A stretch of DNA of 64,000 bases from an uncultured Woeseiaceae bacterium (GCA_905480255.1 CAJQPR010000067.1:1061-65060), one strand, 5' to 3'; positions 38,655-48,515 are shown, numbered from the stretch's first letter. Numbers and translations: made by a program. Notes: a model not told the origin generated them from the letters alone.

Positions 38655-39766
38655 TTCTTGTGGCCAGCCTGATCGGGAAACAGTGAAGTCAGCCCTTGCT
38701 CGCTGGCATCACAAATTCCGTACTCCGTAATGAGGCCGGTGATGTATCGGGCTGGTGTAACGTCGAAAGCGAAGTTGCTGATCCTGGTGTCCGACGCAAT
38801 TGTATTTACGGAACATAGTCCGTCTTCACTCCGCCCATAGATCATATTGACCTCGTCCGGATTACGTTCTTCGATTGGTATTTCGCGCAATCCGTCCGAA
38901 ATGCTCCAGTCAATCGTCGTTGAGGGCAAAGCGACATAGAATGGTATGCCGTTGTCGTTGGCAGCGAGCGCTTTAAGGTAGGTTCCGATTTTGTTCGCCA
39001 CATCACCTGTGCGGGTTGTGCGGTCGGTTCCGGTGATGCATATATCAACCAATCCATGTTGCATCAGGTGGCCGCCCGCGTTGTCGACAATTAGTGTGTG
39101 AGGCACGCCATTTTCAGCCAACTCCCACGCAGTCAGCTGCGAACCCTGGTTGCGAGGGCGTGTCTCATCGACCCAGACATGAACATCAATTCCTTTCGCG
39201 TGTGCGAAATATATCGGCGCGGTGGCGGTTCCATAATTTATTGTCGCCAGCGATCCCGCGTTGCAATGGGTGAGGACGTTCACCGGCTGGCCGGGCTTTT
39301 CGGCTGCAATTCCTTCGATCAATCTCAGACCATGCAGACCGATCCCGCGTGATATTTCCACATCTTCGTCGCAAATGTCGCGTGCTTCCTTTTGGAGAAG
39401 CGGAACCAGGTTTTTATCGTCAGCTGACGGAAGTATTCTTCTCACCCTGTCGAGCGCCCAGCGAAGATTTACCGCGGTTGGACGGGTTTTGCCGAGTGCA
39501 TCGGCCGCATCATTGATGAATGCCATCCGATCGGCGTGGCCGCGGCTCTGTAGCGCCGCAAGATAGAGGCTCCAGGAGGCCGTTGCGCCAATCAACGGCG
39601 CGCCCCTCACCAGCATTTCACTGATGGCCTCAGCACCGTCCTGCCAGGTATTCAGATCATGCACGACGTATTCATGCGGCAGGCGGCGCTGGTCAATGAT
39701 TTGTATAATTTCGGGGTCGTCCGGCTTTTGCCAGATTGTTCTGAAATTCTCACCGGTTTTCCTCAA
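38651..39766 (-). CDS. mtnA: S-methyl-5-thioribose-1-phosphate isomerase
   Basis: eIF-2B alpha/beta/delta-like fold with the blocks VRGAPLIGATA, THCNAG and ADRV-like GTDRTTRTGDVANKIGTY. Confidence 0.9.
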   Translation of the reverse strand: MRKTGENFRTIWQKPDDPEIIQIIDQRRLPHEYVVHDLNTWQDGAEAISEMLVRGAPLIGATASWSLYLAALQSRGHADRMAFINDAADALGKTRPTAVNLRWALDRVRRILPSADDKNLVPLLQKEARDICDEDVEISRGIGLHGLRLIEGIAAEKPGQPVNVLTHCNAGSLATINYGTATAPIYFAHAKGIDVHVWVDETRPRNQGSQLTAWELAENGVPHTLIVDNAGGHLMQHGLVDICITGTDRTTRTGDVANKIGTYLKALAANDNGIPFYVALPSTTIDWSISDGLREIPIEERNPDEVNMIYGRSEDGLCSVNTIASDTRISNFAFDVTPARYITGLITEYGICDASEQGLTSLFPDQAGHKK

Positions 39767-39880
39767 AACATGGTTCTCCCGCGTGCTGGGGTTCGTATTC
39801 TACCGCTCGCCGACGGTCGCCGCGCACAAAGCGTGAAGATGAGCGGCGCGACCATCAGTGTTCAATGATAAATTGTTGCG

Positions 39881-41527
39881 GTGAACGGGGTCGTCAATAC
39901 TATTCTGGTTAGCTGCTGCGTCCTTCTTGCCGGAGTCGCAATTGCCGACGTGCCCGAGGGCCCGCAGAACGAAACAAAATTGCCACCTCCGGCGGAGCTG
40001 GAAGCGCAGGGGGCAATCATCGGCCAAATTTTCTTCGATAAGCAAAACGTTTTCGATACGTCAAAACCGGGCGAGAACAACTCCCTGTATCGCCTGGCCA
40101 ATCGCTGGCACATCATCACACGTGATTCCGTTATCAGGAATCAGCTGTTGTTTTCACCCGGCGACCCGTATTCGAGGAGATTAATCGAAGAGTCCGAGCG
40201 GCTGCTACGGAAGAATGTGTTTTTCTACGACGTCAAAGTCGAACCGGTCAGGTATGAAAATGGCGTCGTCGACATTCGGGTATGGACGCGGGATCTGTGG
40301 ACCCTGATGCCCGGGTTCTCAATATCGCGCTCTGGTGGCGAAAATCGCGTCAGGTTCAGCCTGTCCGAAAGAAACCTGCTGGGCCGGGGAGTCTCGTTGC
40401 GCGCTAACTACGTTGACAATGTCGATCGGGAATCGACGAGCATCGCGTATTTCGACAGAAACCTGGGTCGTACCTGGACTTCCCTTTTTTTTGAATTTGC
40501 CGATAGCTCTGACGGGAACACAAGCGACGTCAGATTGATTCGCCCGTTCTACCAACTTGATGCGCGCTGGTCTGCGGGTGGAACGTTTTACGAAAATACA
40601 CGGGAAGTTTCTTTCTATGATCTCGGTAATGAGGCTGCCGAGTACGCCGCCGATACGGAAAGTCACTCGGCGTTTTACGGCTGGTCGCCGGGATTGCAGG
40701 ATGGATGGGTACGCAGGTGGACTGCAGGGCTGGTATACGACAGCAACGATTTTTCAGCTGTTCCGGAAGGAGTCTTGCCTGCGGTCATCCCTGCCGACCG
40801 CAAGCTGGTCTATCCGTTCCTCGGCGTTGAGTTGCTGGAAGATCGATTCGAATCGACCTCAAATCGGGATCAGATTGAACGGACTGAAGACTTTTACCTT
40901 GGAACGCGGCTTTGGGCGAGTGTCGGATATGCGACGGAAGACTTTGGCGCCGACCGCGAATCGGTCGTGTATCGGTTTGAGGCAAGCAGCGGATTCGGTT
41001 CGATGGAAAAAAAGGCGCTGCTATTGTCGTCCTCACTTACCGGCCGACTTGATGAGGGTAAATCAGCGAACAGAGAAATCTCGCTAAATGCCCGTTACTA
41101 CAACCAGATTTCCGACAAACGCTTGTTTTTCATGACGCTCGACGCCAGTGCTGGTGACAATCTCGATCTGGACAACCTGGTCGATCTGGGTGGGGATACC
41201 GGGCTTCGAGGCTATCCGCTTCGGTATCAGACCGGCGATTCACGTGCACTGTTAACCATCGAGGAGCGCTATTTCACCGACTGGTACCCATTCAGGCTCT
41301 TCAGAGTTGGTGGTGCCGCCTTCGTTGACATCGGCCGCGTCTGGGGCGACAACCCGCTTGGCAATGCGCCTCTCGGCTGGCTGAGGGACGTCGGCCTGGG
41401 TCTCAGGCTGGCGCCTACAAGGGCAAGTGGTCGTGACGTCATCCACATCGATATTGCGTTTCCCCTGGACGGGGATCCGACAATCGACAATGTGCAGTTC
41501 CTGATTCAGTCGAAGCGCAGTTTCTAG
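39881..41527 (+). CDS. Omp85/BamA-family outer-membrane beta-barrel protein
   Basis: GTG start, signal peptide, a POTRA-like N-terminal part, and a C-terminal barrel with GLRGYP and an aromatic-rich terminal strand ending in F. Confidence 0.7.
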   Translation: MNGVVNTILVSCCVLLAGVAIADVPEGPQNETKLPPPAELEAQGAIIGQIFFDKQNVFDTSKPGENNSLYRLANRWHIITRDSVIRNQLLFSPGDPYSRRLIEESERLLRKNVFFYDVKVEPVRYENGVVDIRVWTRDLWTLMPGFSISRSGGENRVRFSLSERNLLGRGVSLRANYVDNVDRESTSIAYFDRNLGRTWTSLFFEFADSSDGNTSDVRLIRPFYQLDARWSAGGTFYENTREVSFYDLGNEAAEYAADTESHSAFYGWSPGLQDGWVRRWTAGLVYDSNDFSAVPEGVLPAVIPADRKLVYPFLGVELLEDRFESTSNRDQIERTEDFYLGTRLWASVGYATEDFGADRESVVYRFEASSGFGSMEKKALLLSSSLTGRLDEGKSANREISLNARYYNQISDKRLFFMTLDASAGDNLDLDNLVDLGGDTGLRGYPLRYQTGDSRALLTIEERYFTDWYPFRLFRVGGAAFVDIGRVWGDNPLGNAPLGWLRDVGLGLRLAPTRASGRDVIHIDIAFPLDGDPTIDNVQFLIQSKRSF

Positions 41528-42414
41528 CGCGAAGCTGCTCTCTCGGCAGACTGCAGCGTATTGGACATCAGCATCACAATGGTCATCGGCCCGACTCCGC
41601 CCGGCACCGGCGTAATTGCGCCTGCCACACGGCTCGCTTCATCGAAATCAACGTCGCCGACCAGCTTGTTTTTTGTTTCCCCGTCGACCTCAACCTGAAT
41701 GCGATTGATGCCAACATCGATGACGACAGCACCCGGTTTTATCCAGTCACCCATGACCATCTTTGGGCGGCCAACTGCAGCAACGAGGATATCTGCGTTG
41801 CGCGCGACTTCCGGCAGGTCTTTTGTTCGGCTGTGACAGACAGTCACAGTTGCATTCGACTTGAGCAACAGGCTTGCCATTGGTTTGCCGACGATGTTTG
41901 AGCGACCGATGATAACTGCGTTCAGACCGGACAGATCTTTGCCAAGTTGTCCTTCGATCATCACCATACAACCAGCAGGTGTGCAGGGTACAAATGCACC
42001 TTCCAGATGCCCTGCGGTCAACATGCCAATGTTCTGGAAATGAAACCCGTCAACGTCCTTTTCGGGAACGATGGACTGGGTAATCAATTGTTCATCCAGA
42101 TGTTTCGGCAATGGCAGCTGGACCAGGATTCCATGAATCGCTGAGTCACTGTTGAGCTCTTCGATCAATTGCAACACGTCATTTTGCGATGCGTCTGCCG
42201 GCAGCGTGTGTTGCACAGAATGAAATCCGCAGGCTTCGGCCGTTCGTTTTTTATTCCGAACATAGACCTGGCTCGCCGGATCCTCACCGACAATTACGAC
42301 GGCCAGACCGGGCTTGATCCCTGTTTTCTCCAATAAGTCCGCCGACCGTAAGGTGATTTGTCCAGACAATTCGGCCGCAAGAGCCTTTCCGTCGATTATT
42401 GATGCGCTTGCCAT
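41524..42414 (-). CDS. folD: Bifunctional methylenetetrahydrofolate dehydrogenase/cyclohydrolase
   Basis: Blocks [42 protein letters not shown] and [10 protein letters not shown]. Start set at [10 protein letters not shown] (42414). Confidence 0.93.
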   Translation of the reverse strand: MASASIIDGKALAAELSGQITLRSADLLEKTGIKPGLAVVIVGEDPASQVYVRNKKRTAEACGFHSVQHTLPADASQNDVLQLIEELNSDSAIHGILVQLPLPKHLDEQLITQSIVPEKDVDGFHFQNIGMLTAGHLEGAFVPCTPAGCMVMIEGQLGKDLSGLNAVIIGRSNIVGKPMASLLLKSNATVTVCHSRTKDLPEVARNADILVAAVGRPKMVMGDWIKPGAVVIDVGINRIQVEVDGETKNKLVGDVDFDEASRVAGAITPVPGGVGPMTIVMLMSNTLQSAERAASR

Positions 42415-42808
42415 TAATTTATCTCTGATATCAAACAACCGCCGACTCCGGCGGTCATACAAGGGGCGCAGATATTAACCCTTTGTTTCAGCGTCCGTAA
42501 ACCTGCACCGTATTCAGCGATACTGGATTCAGGTTCTGTGGGGCAGCGCCGGTGCTAATATGGTGTACTAGGTTTCCCGCAAACCCGCGATTGTAGAAGA
42601 GAGAGAATGGTCCATTGTCTGATGTCGAAATCATATGCAGCGCTCCGGCACTGGCCAATAGTTCTGCTGGGCATCTACACGGGCCTGTTTTCCACGGAGC
42701 AAATCATGACGTTGTCTGGCTTGTGATATTTCTGTTTCCGGGACTCATTTCGGCAGGTCGGTTCGCAGGCCTTGATTATGGCCTGTTGGGCAATGCGGGA
42801 GTCCACCG

Positions 42809-43441
42809 TTGATCGTCGAAGACTGGCTGGACCGGTGGGAAAATGGCAGGACCGGCTGGCATGAAGCCGGCGGAAACGCTGGCCTGAGAGCGCATTGGCC
42901 AGAATGCTCAGGAAGAGTCCTGGTTCCGTTGTGCGGCAAAACCCCCGATATCTTATGGCTGGCTGAGCGCGGCCACGAAGTGGTTGGAGTTGAACTGTCG
43001 GAAATTGCCATCCGGGAGTTTTTCGCAGAACAGGCGCTGGATTTCGAAATAGAGCGGTCCGGTGATCTTGATCGCTACTCGGCGACAGGCGTGCCGGTCA
43101 CGATTTATTGCGGCGACTATTTCACTTTTGAGTCCGCACCATTTGACGGGTTATATGATCGCGGCGCACTGGTTGCGGTGGATCCCGTCATCCGGCAAAA
43201 GTATGTCGATTTTACCAGGGCCTTACTGAAGCCTGACGCCTGCAGCCTGATTGTTACGCTGGAATATGATCAGGATATTGTCCAGGGTCCCCCGTTTTCC
43301 GTTCAGGCAGAAGAGCTATCGACTTACTGGAGTGATCTCGAACGAGTCAGCGAACAGGACGATATCGACAACTGCCCACCCAAGTTTCTCACTGCCGGAC
43401 TGACCGACATCAAGGAGGTTGTCTGGCGATCAGCCAGGTAG
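42809..43441 (+). CDS. Thiopurine S-methyltransferase family protein
   Basis: N-terminal W..RW..G.TGWH signature, VLVPLCGK, and GVELSEIA. Apparent TTG start. Confidence 0.8.
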   Translation: MIVEDWLDRWENGRTGWHEAGGNAGLRAHWPECSGRVLVPLCGKTPDILWLAERGHEVVGVELSEIAIREFFAEQALDFEIERSGDLDRYSATGVPVTIYCGDYFTFESAPFDGLYDRGALVAVDPVIRQKYVDFTRALLKPDACSLIVTLEYDQDIVQGPPFSVQAEELSTYWSDLERVSEQDDIDNCPPKFLTAGLTDIKEVVWRSAR

Positions 43442-43852
43442 ATCTTGCACCGGGGTCCACCGCTGCCCGCGCCGCGATACTCTGCCTTCACTGTTCTCGG
43501 CGTCGTAACTGATGGCTACAGCTTCTGCCAGGTCTTCCGGCGCTTCCTCCAGTGCATGCGTGTTGACGATCCCGAAAGTTCCAAAATCAGACTGGATGGC
43601 CGCACCAACATAAACGCCACAACGGTTGCACAGAAGGAAGTCTGCTGTGCCATGCCCGAAGTGATACTTCTGCAACGATTCCGGCCTTACTGCGGTGAAT
43701 TCGACTAAACCATCCGGGTCCGAGGTGCTGAGTGCGTTATGTGCGCGGCAAAACGAGCACTGGCAGGCACGAATGGACCATTCGGCCGGTTCTATCGATG
43801 TGTGATAGGAGAAACCAATGTCGCCGCAGTGGCAGGACCCTGTGTATTTCAT
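43430..43852 (-). CDS. GFA (glutathione-dependent formaldehyde-activating)/CENP-V family zinc protein
   Basis: Cys pattern CHCG ... CQCSFC ... CNRCG. Confidence 0.8.
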   Translation of the reverse strand: MKYTGSCHCGDIGFSYHTSIEPAEWSIRACQCSFCRAHNALSTSDPDGLVEFTAVRPESLQKYHFGHGTADFLLCNRCGVYVGAAIQSDFGTFGIVNTHALEEAPEDLAEAVAISYDAENSEGRVSRRGQRWTPVQDLPG

Positions 43853-43853
43853 G

Positions 43854-44618
43854 CTATTTGACCCTTGTCCTGTGTCTCATGCCGAGAATCAACACGAGCG
43901 GTACGAGCGAAGCAGCAAAATGCTTGAGCGAGTGTCCACTGATTACGCCACCAAACGAAAAAATTTGCTGATCAAAATGCTCGAGCAGCTTGGCCAATAT
44001 GTAGAGACCGATCGTAACCCAGAAGAAGTTTATCGTATTGAATGCCGAGCGGAATGACAGCAACAGCGCCGGAATCAGAATCATAGGCAGGAATTGTACG
44101 ATTCCGTAGAGTCGAAGATCTCCGGCTCCGGAGGATTCCGTGTAGTCCCAGTAGACAACAGAGATGATCCCGATCAGCACAAGCGGCCAAAGCAGGGCGT
44201 TTCCCAGGCGCGCGGAAACATGTTCGCCGATGACTATTGCGAACAAGGACATAAAAGCAATGGTCATCGGCAAACGATCCCAGAAGAGGGTGTCGTTTTC
44301 AGGTGCAAGGTGAAACCAGCCGGACCCGAGCGCCGTGATCGCGATTCCGGCGAACAAAACAATGTAAGCAGCCCGCATTTCGGGAAGGGTGGCGAGGCCT
44401 TCGCCCTTCAACAGCAGGTACAAGCCGGCAACGCCGAAGACCAGGAACAAAGCGTTGCTCGCAACATTCCAGAAATTCACAATCCCGAATCCGGTCCTGG
44501 CGTCGGCAAAATCGTAGTAGCCCGCCGGCTGTGGATATGCGTCGAAAAAGAAAAAAACGACGATGACCGGCACGATGGCGGCGCTCAGAAGAGCGATGTC
44601 ACGGCCGGAAAGCGTCAT
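43854..44618 (-). CDS. Alkaline-ceramidase-like (CREST superfamily) integral membrane hydrolase
   Basis: Seven predicted TM segments with the blocks YYDFADART, NFWNVASN, GSGWFHLAP, WDRLPM, GDLRLYGIVQF and SGHSLKH recalled from bacterial ceramidase-family proteins. Confidence 0.6.
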   Translation of the reverse strand: MTLSGRDIALLSAAIVPVIVVFFFFDAYPQPAGYYDFADARTGFGIVNFWNVASNALFLVFGVAGLYLLLKGEGLATLPEMRAAYIVLFAGIAITALGSGWFHLAPENDTLFWDRLPMTIAFMSLFAIVIGEHVSARLGNALLWPLVLIGIISVVYWDYTESSGAGDLRLYGIVQFLPMILIPALLLSFRSAFNTINFFWVTIGLYILAKLLEHFDQQIFSFGGVISGHSLKHFAASLVPLVLILGMRHRTRVK

Positions 44619-44945
44619 CTATGCCTCGCCGCCATCAGGTCCATAAAATACGACCCAAGCTGCGAAGTCATCGCTGAAATCTTCAAAGCGATGAATAACG
44701 CCGGCCGGCACAAACAGCGCCTCACCGGTCTCAAATGGTTTTCTTTCATCGCCGCAAACAAAAAAACCGGAGCCGGACTGAACAACATAGATCTCGTCCT
44801 GAGTATGCGGTTGTTGCGGGTCGATCTTGTCGGGTTTGTAAAACCCGAGCTCCATCGAGCCGTGCTCCAACAATACGCCATAAGATTTGTCGTCCGACGT
44901 TGCGGCCAATTCCTCCGCCCGCCCGACGGTATGCCTGTCACTCAT
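44619..44945 (-). CDS. Small cupin-domain protein
   Basis: 108 aa with two cupin motifs (PHTQDEIYVVQSG and GEALFVPAGVIHRF). Its stop directly abuts the next start codon. Confidence 0.7.
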   Translation of the reverse strand: MSDRHTVGRAEELAATSDDKSYGVLLEHGSMELGFYKPDKIDPQQPHTQDEIYVVQSGSGFFVCGDERKPFETGEALFVPAGVIHRFEDFSDDFAAWVVFYGPDGGEA

Positions 44946-44999
44946 TGGTCTTTCTCCCGTTCTTGGAGTGATTCCGTGAACACCTGGGTGTCTGCGCTT

Positions 45000-46157
45000 T
45001 TATAGAAGTGCCTGCCTGAATCTGTCACCGATTCCGCGCAGTCGATTCGTGGTTTCGTTGGAATAGACGAGACGAACGTAATTCGCACAATGTTCTCCGC
45101 CCCAGTTGATCATGGGTGTTGCCGCGATTAGTCCCTTTTCCAGAAGAAGCCCTGATGCCGTTGGTCCGTCCATGCCCAACGGTGAAACGTCGACGAGCAT
45201 AGACCATCCCCCGTGCGGCGGGATTACCACGAAGTCATTGAGCTCCGCGAGAATTACGTCACGTCTCGCCTGGAGTTCGTTCGCGCTTTCACTCACGCCA
45301 TCGTTTCCATCGTCGATAGCCACGGCGACTGCTCCCATCGCAATTCCTGTCTGGCAGACGACATTCGTAATGCTGACGCGCGCTACGTCGGCGATGATTT
45401 TCGCCGGTCCAACGACCCAGCCGACCCGCCATCCGATCATTCGGTATTCCTTTGATGCGGAGCCGACGGTTACAACTTTGTCGCGCATCCCTGGAAAGGA
45501 CGCCGGATGAATAACTTCGCGGCCGTCGAACAGAATTCGCTCCATAGCTGAGTCATTTACGAGCCAGCAATCCGCTGCCTGGCAAAAGTTCACAAGCGCC
45601 TGCCAGTCAGCACGGTCAAATACCGCACCGCTTGGCATTGAGGGGCTCATTAGCAACATGGCCTTTACGGCCCCGGTGTCGAGATTGTGGAGTGCGTCCC
45701 GATCAAGTTGCCAGCCGTCCGGGGTCGGCAAAAGTGGCACAAACCGGGGAACCCCGCCGGCAAGCCGCACGCGATTTATCAGGCCGACGTAGGTCGGATC
45801 GGTCATCAGCACTTCATCGCCGGGCTCAAGCACTGCAAAAAGCACGTTAAGAATTCCCGAGAGACCACCAGCGCTGATTACCGATTCTGTCTTCCAGTCA
45901 TATTGTTTGCCGGATTGGCGACTGACGAGAGATGTGGCCGCTTTGCGCGTCGAATCGAGGCCCAGAAAAGGCAGATAACTGTTTGCGTCATCGTCACCAA
46001 CTGCATTCCGGGTAAAGGACACTGCAGATGCTGGCGGTAAAATATTGGTGTCCAGGTTTTCCAGGCGCAACACGTCCGGGTCGGCGAGACTGTCCGCCAG
46101 GTCACCCATTTGCTCAACGCCGATTTTTGTAATGTGCTGCAGACGCGATACGGACAT
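45000..46157 (-). CDS. Class I/II PLP-dependent aminotransferase
   Basis: PLP-lysine context SASKEYRMIGWRVGW, with the overall length and N-terminal LENLDTN block typical of Asp/aromatic-type aminotransferases. Confidence 0.8.
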   Translation of the reverse strand: MSVSRLQHITKIGVEQMGDLADSLADPDVLRLENLDTNILPPASAVSFTRNAVGDDDANSYLPFLGLDSTRKAATSLVSRQSGKQYDWKTESVISAGGLSGILNVLFAVLEPGDEVLMTDPTYVGLINRVRLAGGVPRFVPLLPTPDGWQLDRDALHNLDTGAVKAMLLMSPSMPSGAVFDRADWQALVNFCQAADCWLVNDSAMERILFDGREVIHPASFPGMRDKVVTVGSASKEYRMIGWRVGWVVGPAKIIADVARVSITNVVCQTGIAMGAVAVAIDDGNDGVSESANELQARRDVILAELNDFVVIPPHGGWSMLVDVSPLGMDGPTASGLLLEKGLIAATPMINWGGEHCANYVRLVYSNETTNRLRGIGDRFRQALL

Positions 46158-46291
46158 CGTCTTCCCCCTTTGCCTTACTGTACCGCATCGTTTTGCGATT
46201 ATTCAGACGCCGAGCATTATCCCGACAGTTACGCCCGACAGACAGGAGCATGATTGAGTCCGGGCTTGCCCGCCGGCAGAGGCCTGTGGAC

Positions 46292-46519
46292 CTAGAATAA
46301 TGCCCGTACGGATAGCAGGAAGCCAAACGAGGCTAGCGGAATGCCAATTACTGCGCCGACGATACTCATCGATACGGCGACGCCCGCAACCATCATCGCG
46401 ATCCCGATAAGGGCGCAGATAATGCGACCAGTAATATTGAGAATAAGTGTCAGGATTTTCCAGATGGCGTAAAACGGCCACAGGATCCACGGTACGCCAC
46501 TATCAGCCGAATCATTCAT
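46292..46519 (-). CDS. Small two-TM membrane protein
   Basis: 75 aa with two clear hydrophobic helices. No family recognised. Confidence 0.45.
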   Translation of the reverse strand: MNDSADSGVPWILWPFYAIWKILTLILNITGRIICALIGIAMMVAGVAVSMSIVGAVIGIPLASFGFLLSVRALF

Positions 46520-46610
46520 ATCGACGGTCCTTACAAGATAAACGCGACGCCAACCACTTTATCCAGGTCGTTCTTACCGTGATTAGTCCTCCCGGCCGCG
46601 ACCTTGTTCC

Positions 46611-47027
46611 CTATTTGTGCCGTTCTGCAATCAGCAACGGTGCAAGCCGTCCGGTGATGAGCACCGTCGCCACAATACCAACAATAGCACTGACGGCAAA
46701 CCAGGTTGGATGAGGGATTGCGAAAAGATTCAGGACAGTACCGACGAGAACCAGGCCGCCCACGATCGCGGCATATAACATTGGTGTCTCCCGGGCCACC
46801 AGGGCGGCGAGCATGCCGCCACCGAATGCGCCGATGACGTAAGACAGGATCACGAAAAGAAGAGCACCGGCCGGTACTTTGAACATCATGGTTGCGACAG
46901 ATGCGGGGTCGCCAAAATCAATGCCGGGCGGGGCCGGGTAAACTGCGTGTCCAATCATCTGAACGACAATGATCAATGCAATCGCAATAATCGCACCAAA
47001 TGCCACCCCCGCAATTTTTCTAATCAT
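46611..47027 (-). CDS. Four-TM membrane protein
   Basis: 138 aa with four hydrophobic helices. No family recognised. Confidence 0.5.
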   Translation of the reverse strand: MIRKIAGVAFGAIIAIALIIVVQMIGHAVYPAPPGIDFGDPASVATMMFKVPAGALLFVILSYVIGAFGGGMLAALVARETPMLYAAIVGGLVLVGTVLNLFAIPHPTWFAVSAIVGIVATVLITGRLAPLLIAERHK

Positions 47028-47179
47028 TTGTCACGTCTGCCGCCAAATATTCTGAACCAGAAAGTTGTTTCAGCCAGTACTCCCAATACGAGAAATATCG
47101 TTCCAGGCCTCGATGCGCCGGTGGCATAAAATGCAATTGCCAGGAGAAGAAACGCAACCGTGATTATGTGCCGCTTCAA
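47024..47179 (-). CDS. Possible 51-codon two-TM protein (not in the ORF track)
   Basis: Read by hand as (TTG)KRHIITVAFLLLAIAFYATGASRPGTIFLVLGVLAETTFWFRIFGGRRDK. Its TGA overlaps the ATG of the next gene (ATGA), and AGGGA lies 8 nt upstream of the TTG. There is no in-frame ATG. Confidence 0.3.
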   Translation of the reverse strand: MKRHIITVAFLLLAIAFYATGASRPGTIFLVLGVLAETTFWFRIFGGRRDK

Positions 47180-47180
47180 T

Positions 47181-47666
47181 TTATTTCCCTGAGGTGAAGG
47201 GCCCTAATGGGCTTTCCGCACAAGTTTCCTCTTCTATCGAAAAAACGACCCCGGTGACGACCCAACCTTCATCTGTCCGCAGCAAACTGAAATTGTTGAC
47301 GCCGCAATGACTGAAATTGCCATCGACGTGCAGGTCATAGGGTGTCCACGCGGTTGCAAGACGACCGTACACCATTATTTGAGGGTCCCAGTAACGTTCA
47401 ACCAGTGTGTTTTCGCCTGCCGCCAGGTTTTCGAGGTATGCGGCATGAGTAGGTCGTGCGATACGCAATCCGTCAGGAGTTTCCCGGTAGCCGTACAAGA
47501 CTCCATCCGGCGTCATCAAAGAACGCATTTTTTCGACGTCTCTGGCGGTCATGGCCGCGAAGAACTCATCAATGGTCCGAATAACAGCTGTCTTGTCTGC
47601 CGCTTCGTCCGCGATTGTCGGAAACGAAAACGAGATAACGCAAAAAGCGACGATCAGTTTCTTCAT
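47181..47666 (-). CDS. Exported NTF2-like (SnoaL/DUF4440-type) protein
   Basis: Signal peptide and the typical FFAAMTARDVEKMRSLMTPDG opening of NTF2-fold proteins. Confidence 0.6.
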   Translation of the reverse strand: MKKLIVAFCVISFSFPTIADEAADKTAVIRTIDEFFAAMTARDVEKMRSLMTPDGVLYGYRETPDGLRIARPTHAAYLENLAAGENTLVERYWDPQIMVYGRLATAWTPYDLHVDGNFSHCGVNNFSLLRTDEGWVVTGVVFSIEEETCAESPLGPFTSGK

Positions 47667-47682
47667 AATTTTTCTCGCGAAA

Positions 47683-47877
47683 TTAATTTCGCAACTCCTT
47701 GTGAATAACCAGCTTCAGCCCGGACCAAACATCATCAACAGCGCATACTTTTACGTCGACAAGTCCCAGTGGCAGAGCCAGCTGCAAATAGTCGTCCGGC
47801 GGGTTAGTCGTTCGAACGCGGCATGAGTCGTTGAAGCCAAGCTTCCTGGTTAGCGGGATTCCCGAGTATCCTGCCAT
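47683..47877 (-). pseudogene. Internally deleted DUF3052-like remnant
   Basis: The 64-aa ORF joins an N-terminal MAGYSGIPLTRKLGF block directly to a C-terminal LPLGLVDVKVCAVDDVWSGLKLVIHKELR block. As I recall, full-length family members carry about 70 residues between these blocks. Confidence 0.45.
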
Positions 47878-47891
47878 CCGCGCCTCGCTGG

Positions 47892-48515
47892 TCAGGTAAG
47901 CTCAATTCGACCGCGGGGCGTGTCGATTACAGCAGTCAGAGAGGCCTGGCGTCCGTTTTCAACCGGTACATTGATACCAAATAATTCAAAGGCCTCCCGC
48001 ACATAATCTTTTTCCGGGTGAGTCGCCCGCAGAGCCAGGAGCGTCGCGCCCCCAGGTGCACTGGTAGCCGGATGGGGCGTGTTTCCCCAGTCGATGAAAA
48101 ATGGCACCACGCCACCAGCAATTTCAACGTATGAGTCGGTCAGTTTCCAGGCCAGCGTCCTTCCCTCCGGTGTTTGCCTGCTCCCGGTCATTGCCTTGCC
48201 TGGCGACTGGCCATCCGATAAGCGAATTTCGGCCATTTGTTCAATGTCGTCACTTTTCGCCGCCCAGGTTACGAGCCGGGGCGAATCAACGTGGTCGACC
48301 TGAAACAGGCGTGGACTCCGATAGTCCGACTGGCCAGGATCCGGTGCAATGATCTCAAGGTAGGTGTCGTCTCCGAGCGAGAGCAACGCGTTTCGCGTGC
48401 CCATGCCCGGATGACTTCCGCCAAGTGTCGCCCGAATGCCGGTGAGTGCTTCGATCTGACTAATTCCGGCATCCAGGTCGGGCACCGCCCAGACGAGATG
48501 GTCTACTCGATCCAT
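47892..48515 (-). CDS. VOC/glyoxalase-like domain protein
   Basis: The opening MDRVDHLVWAVPDLDAG and later YLEIIAPDP are typical of the glyoxalase-like (VOC) family. Confidence 0.65.
   Translation of the reverse strand: MDRVDHLVWAVPDLDAGISQIEALTGIRATLGGSHPGMGTRNALLSLGDDTYLEIIAPDPGQSDYRSPRLFQVDHVDSPRLVTWAAKSDDIEQMAEIRLSDGQSPGKAMTGSRQTPEGRTLAWKLTDSYVEIAGGVVPFFIDWGNTPHPATSAPGGATLLALRATHPEKDYVREAFELFGINVPVENGRQASLTAVIDTPRGRIELT

Noticed and set aside
42615-42812. 65-aa ORF in the 394-bp folD/TPMT spacer, plus a 34-codon ORF in another frame (ATG 42622, MSKSYAALRHWPIVLLGIYTGLFSTEQIMTLSGL). Together they might be a frameshifted small membrane protein.
   Set aside because: There is no RBS, no recognisable family, and the frameshift idea is purely speculative. 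The region more likely holds the divergent folD and TPMT promoters.
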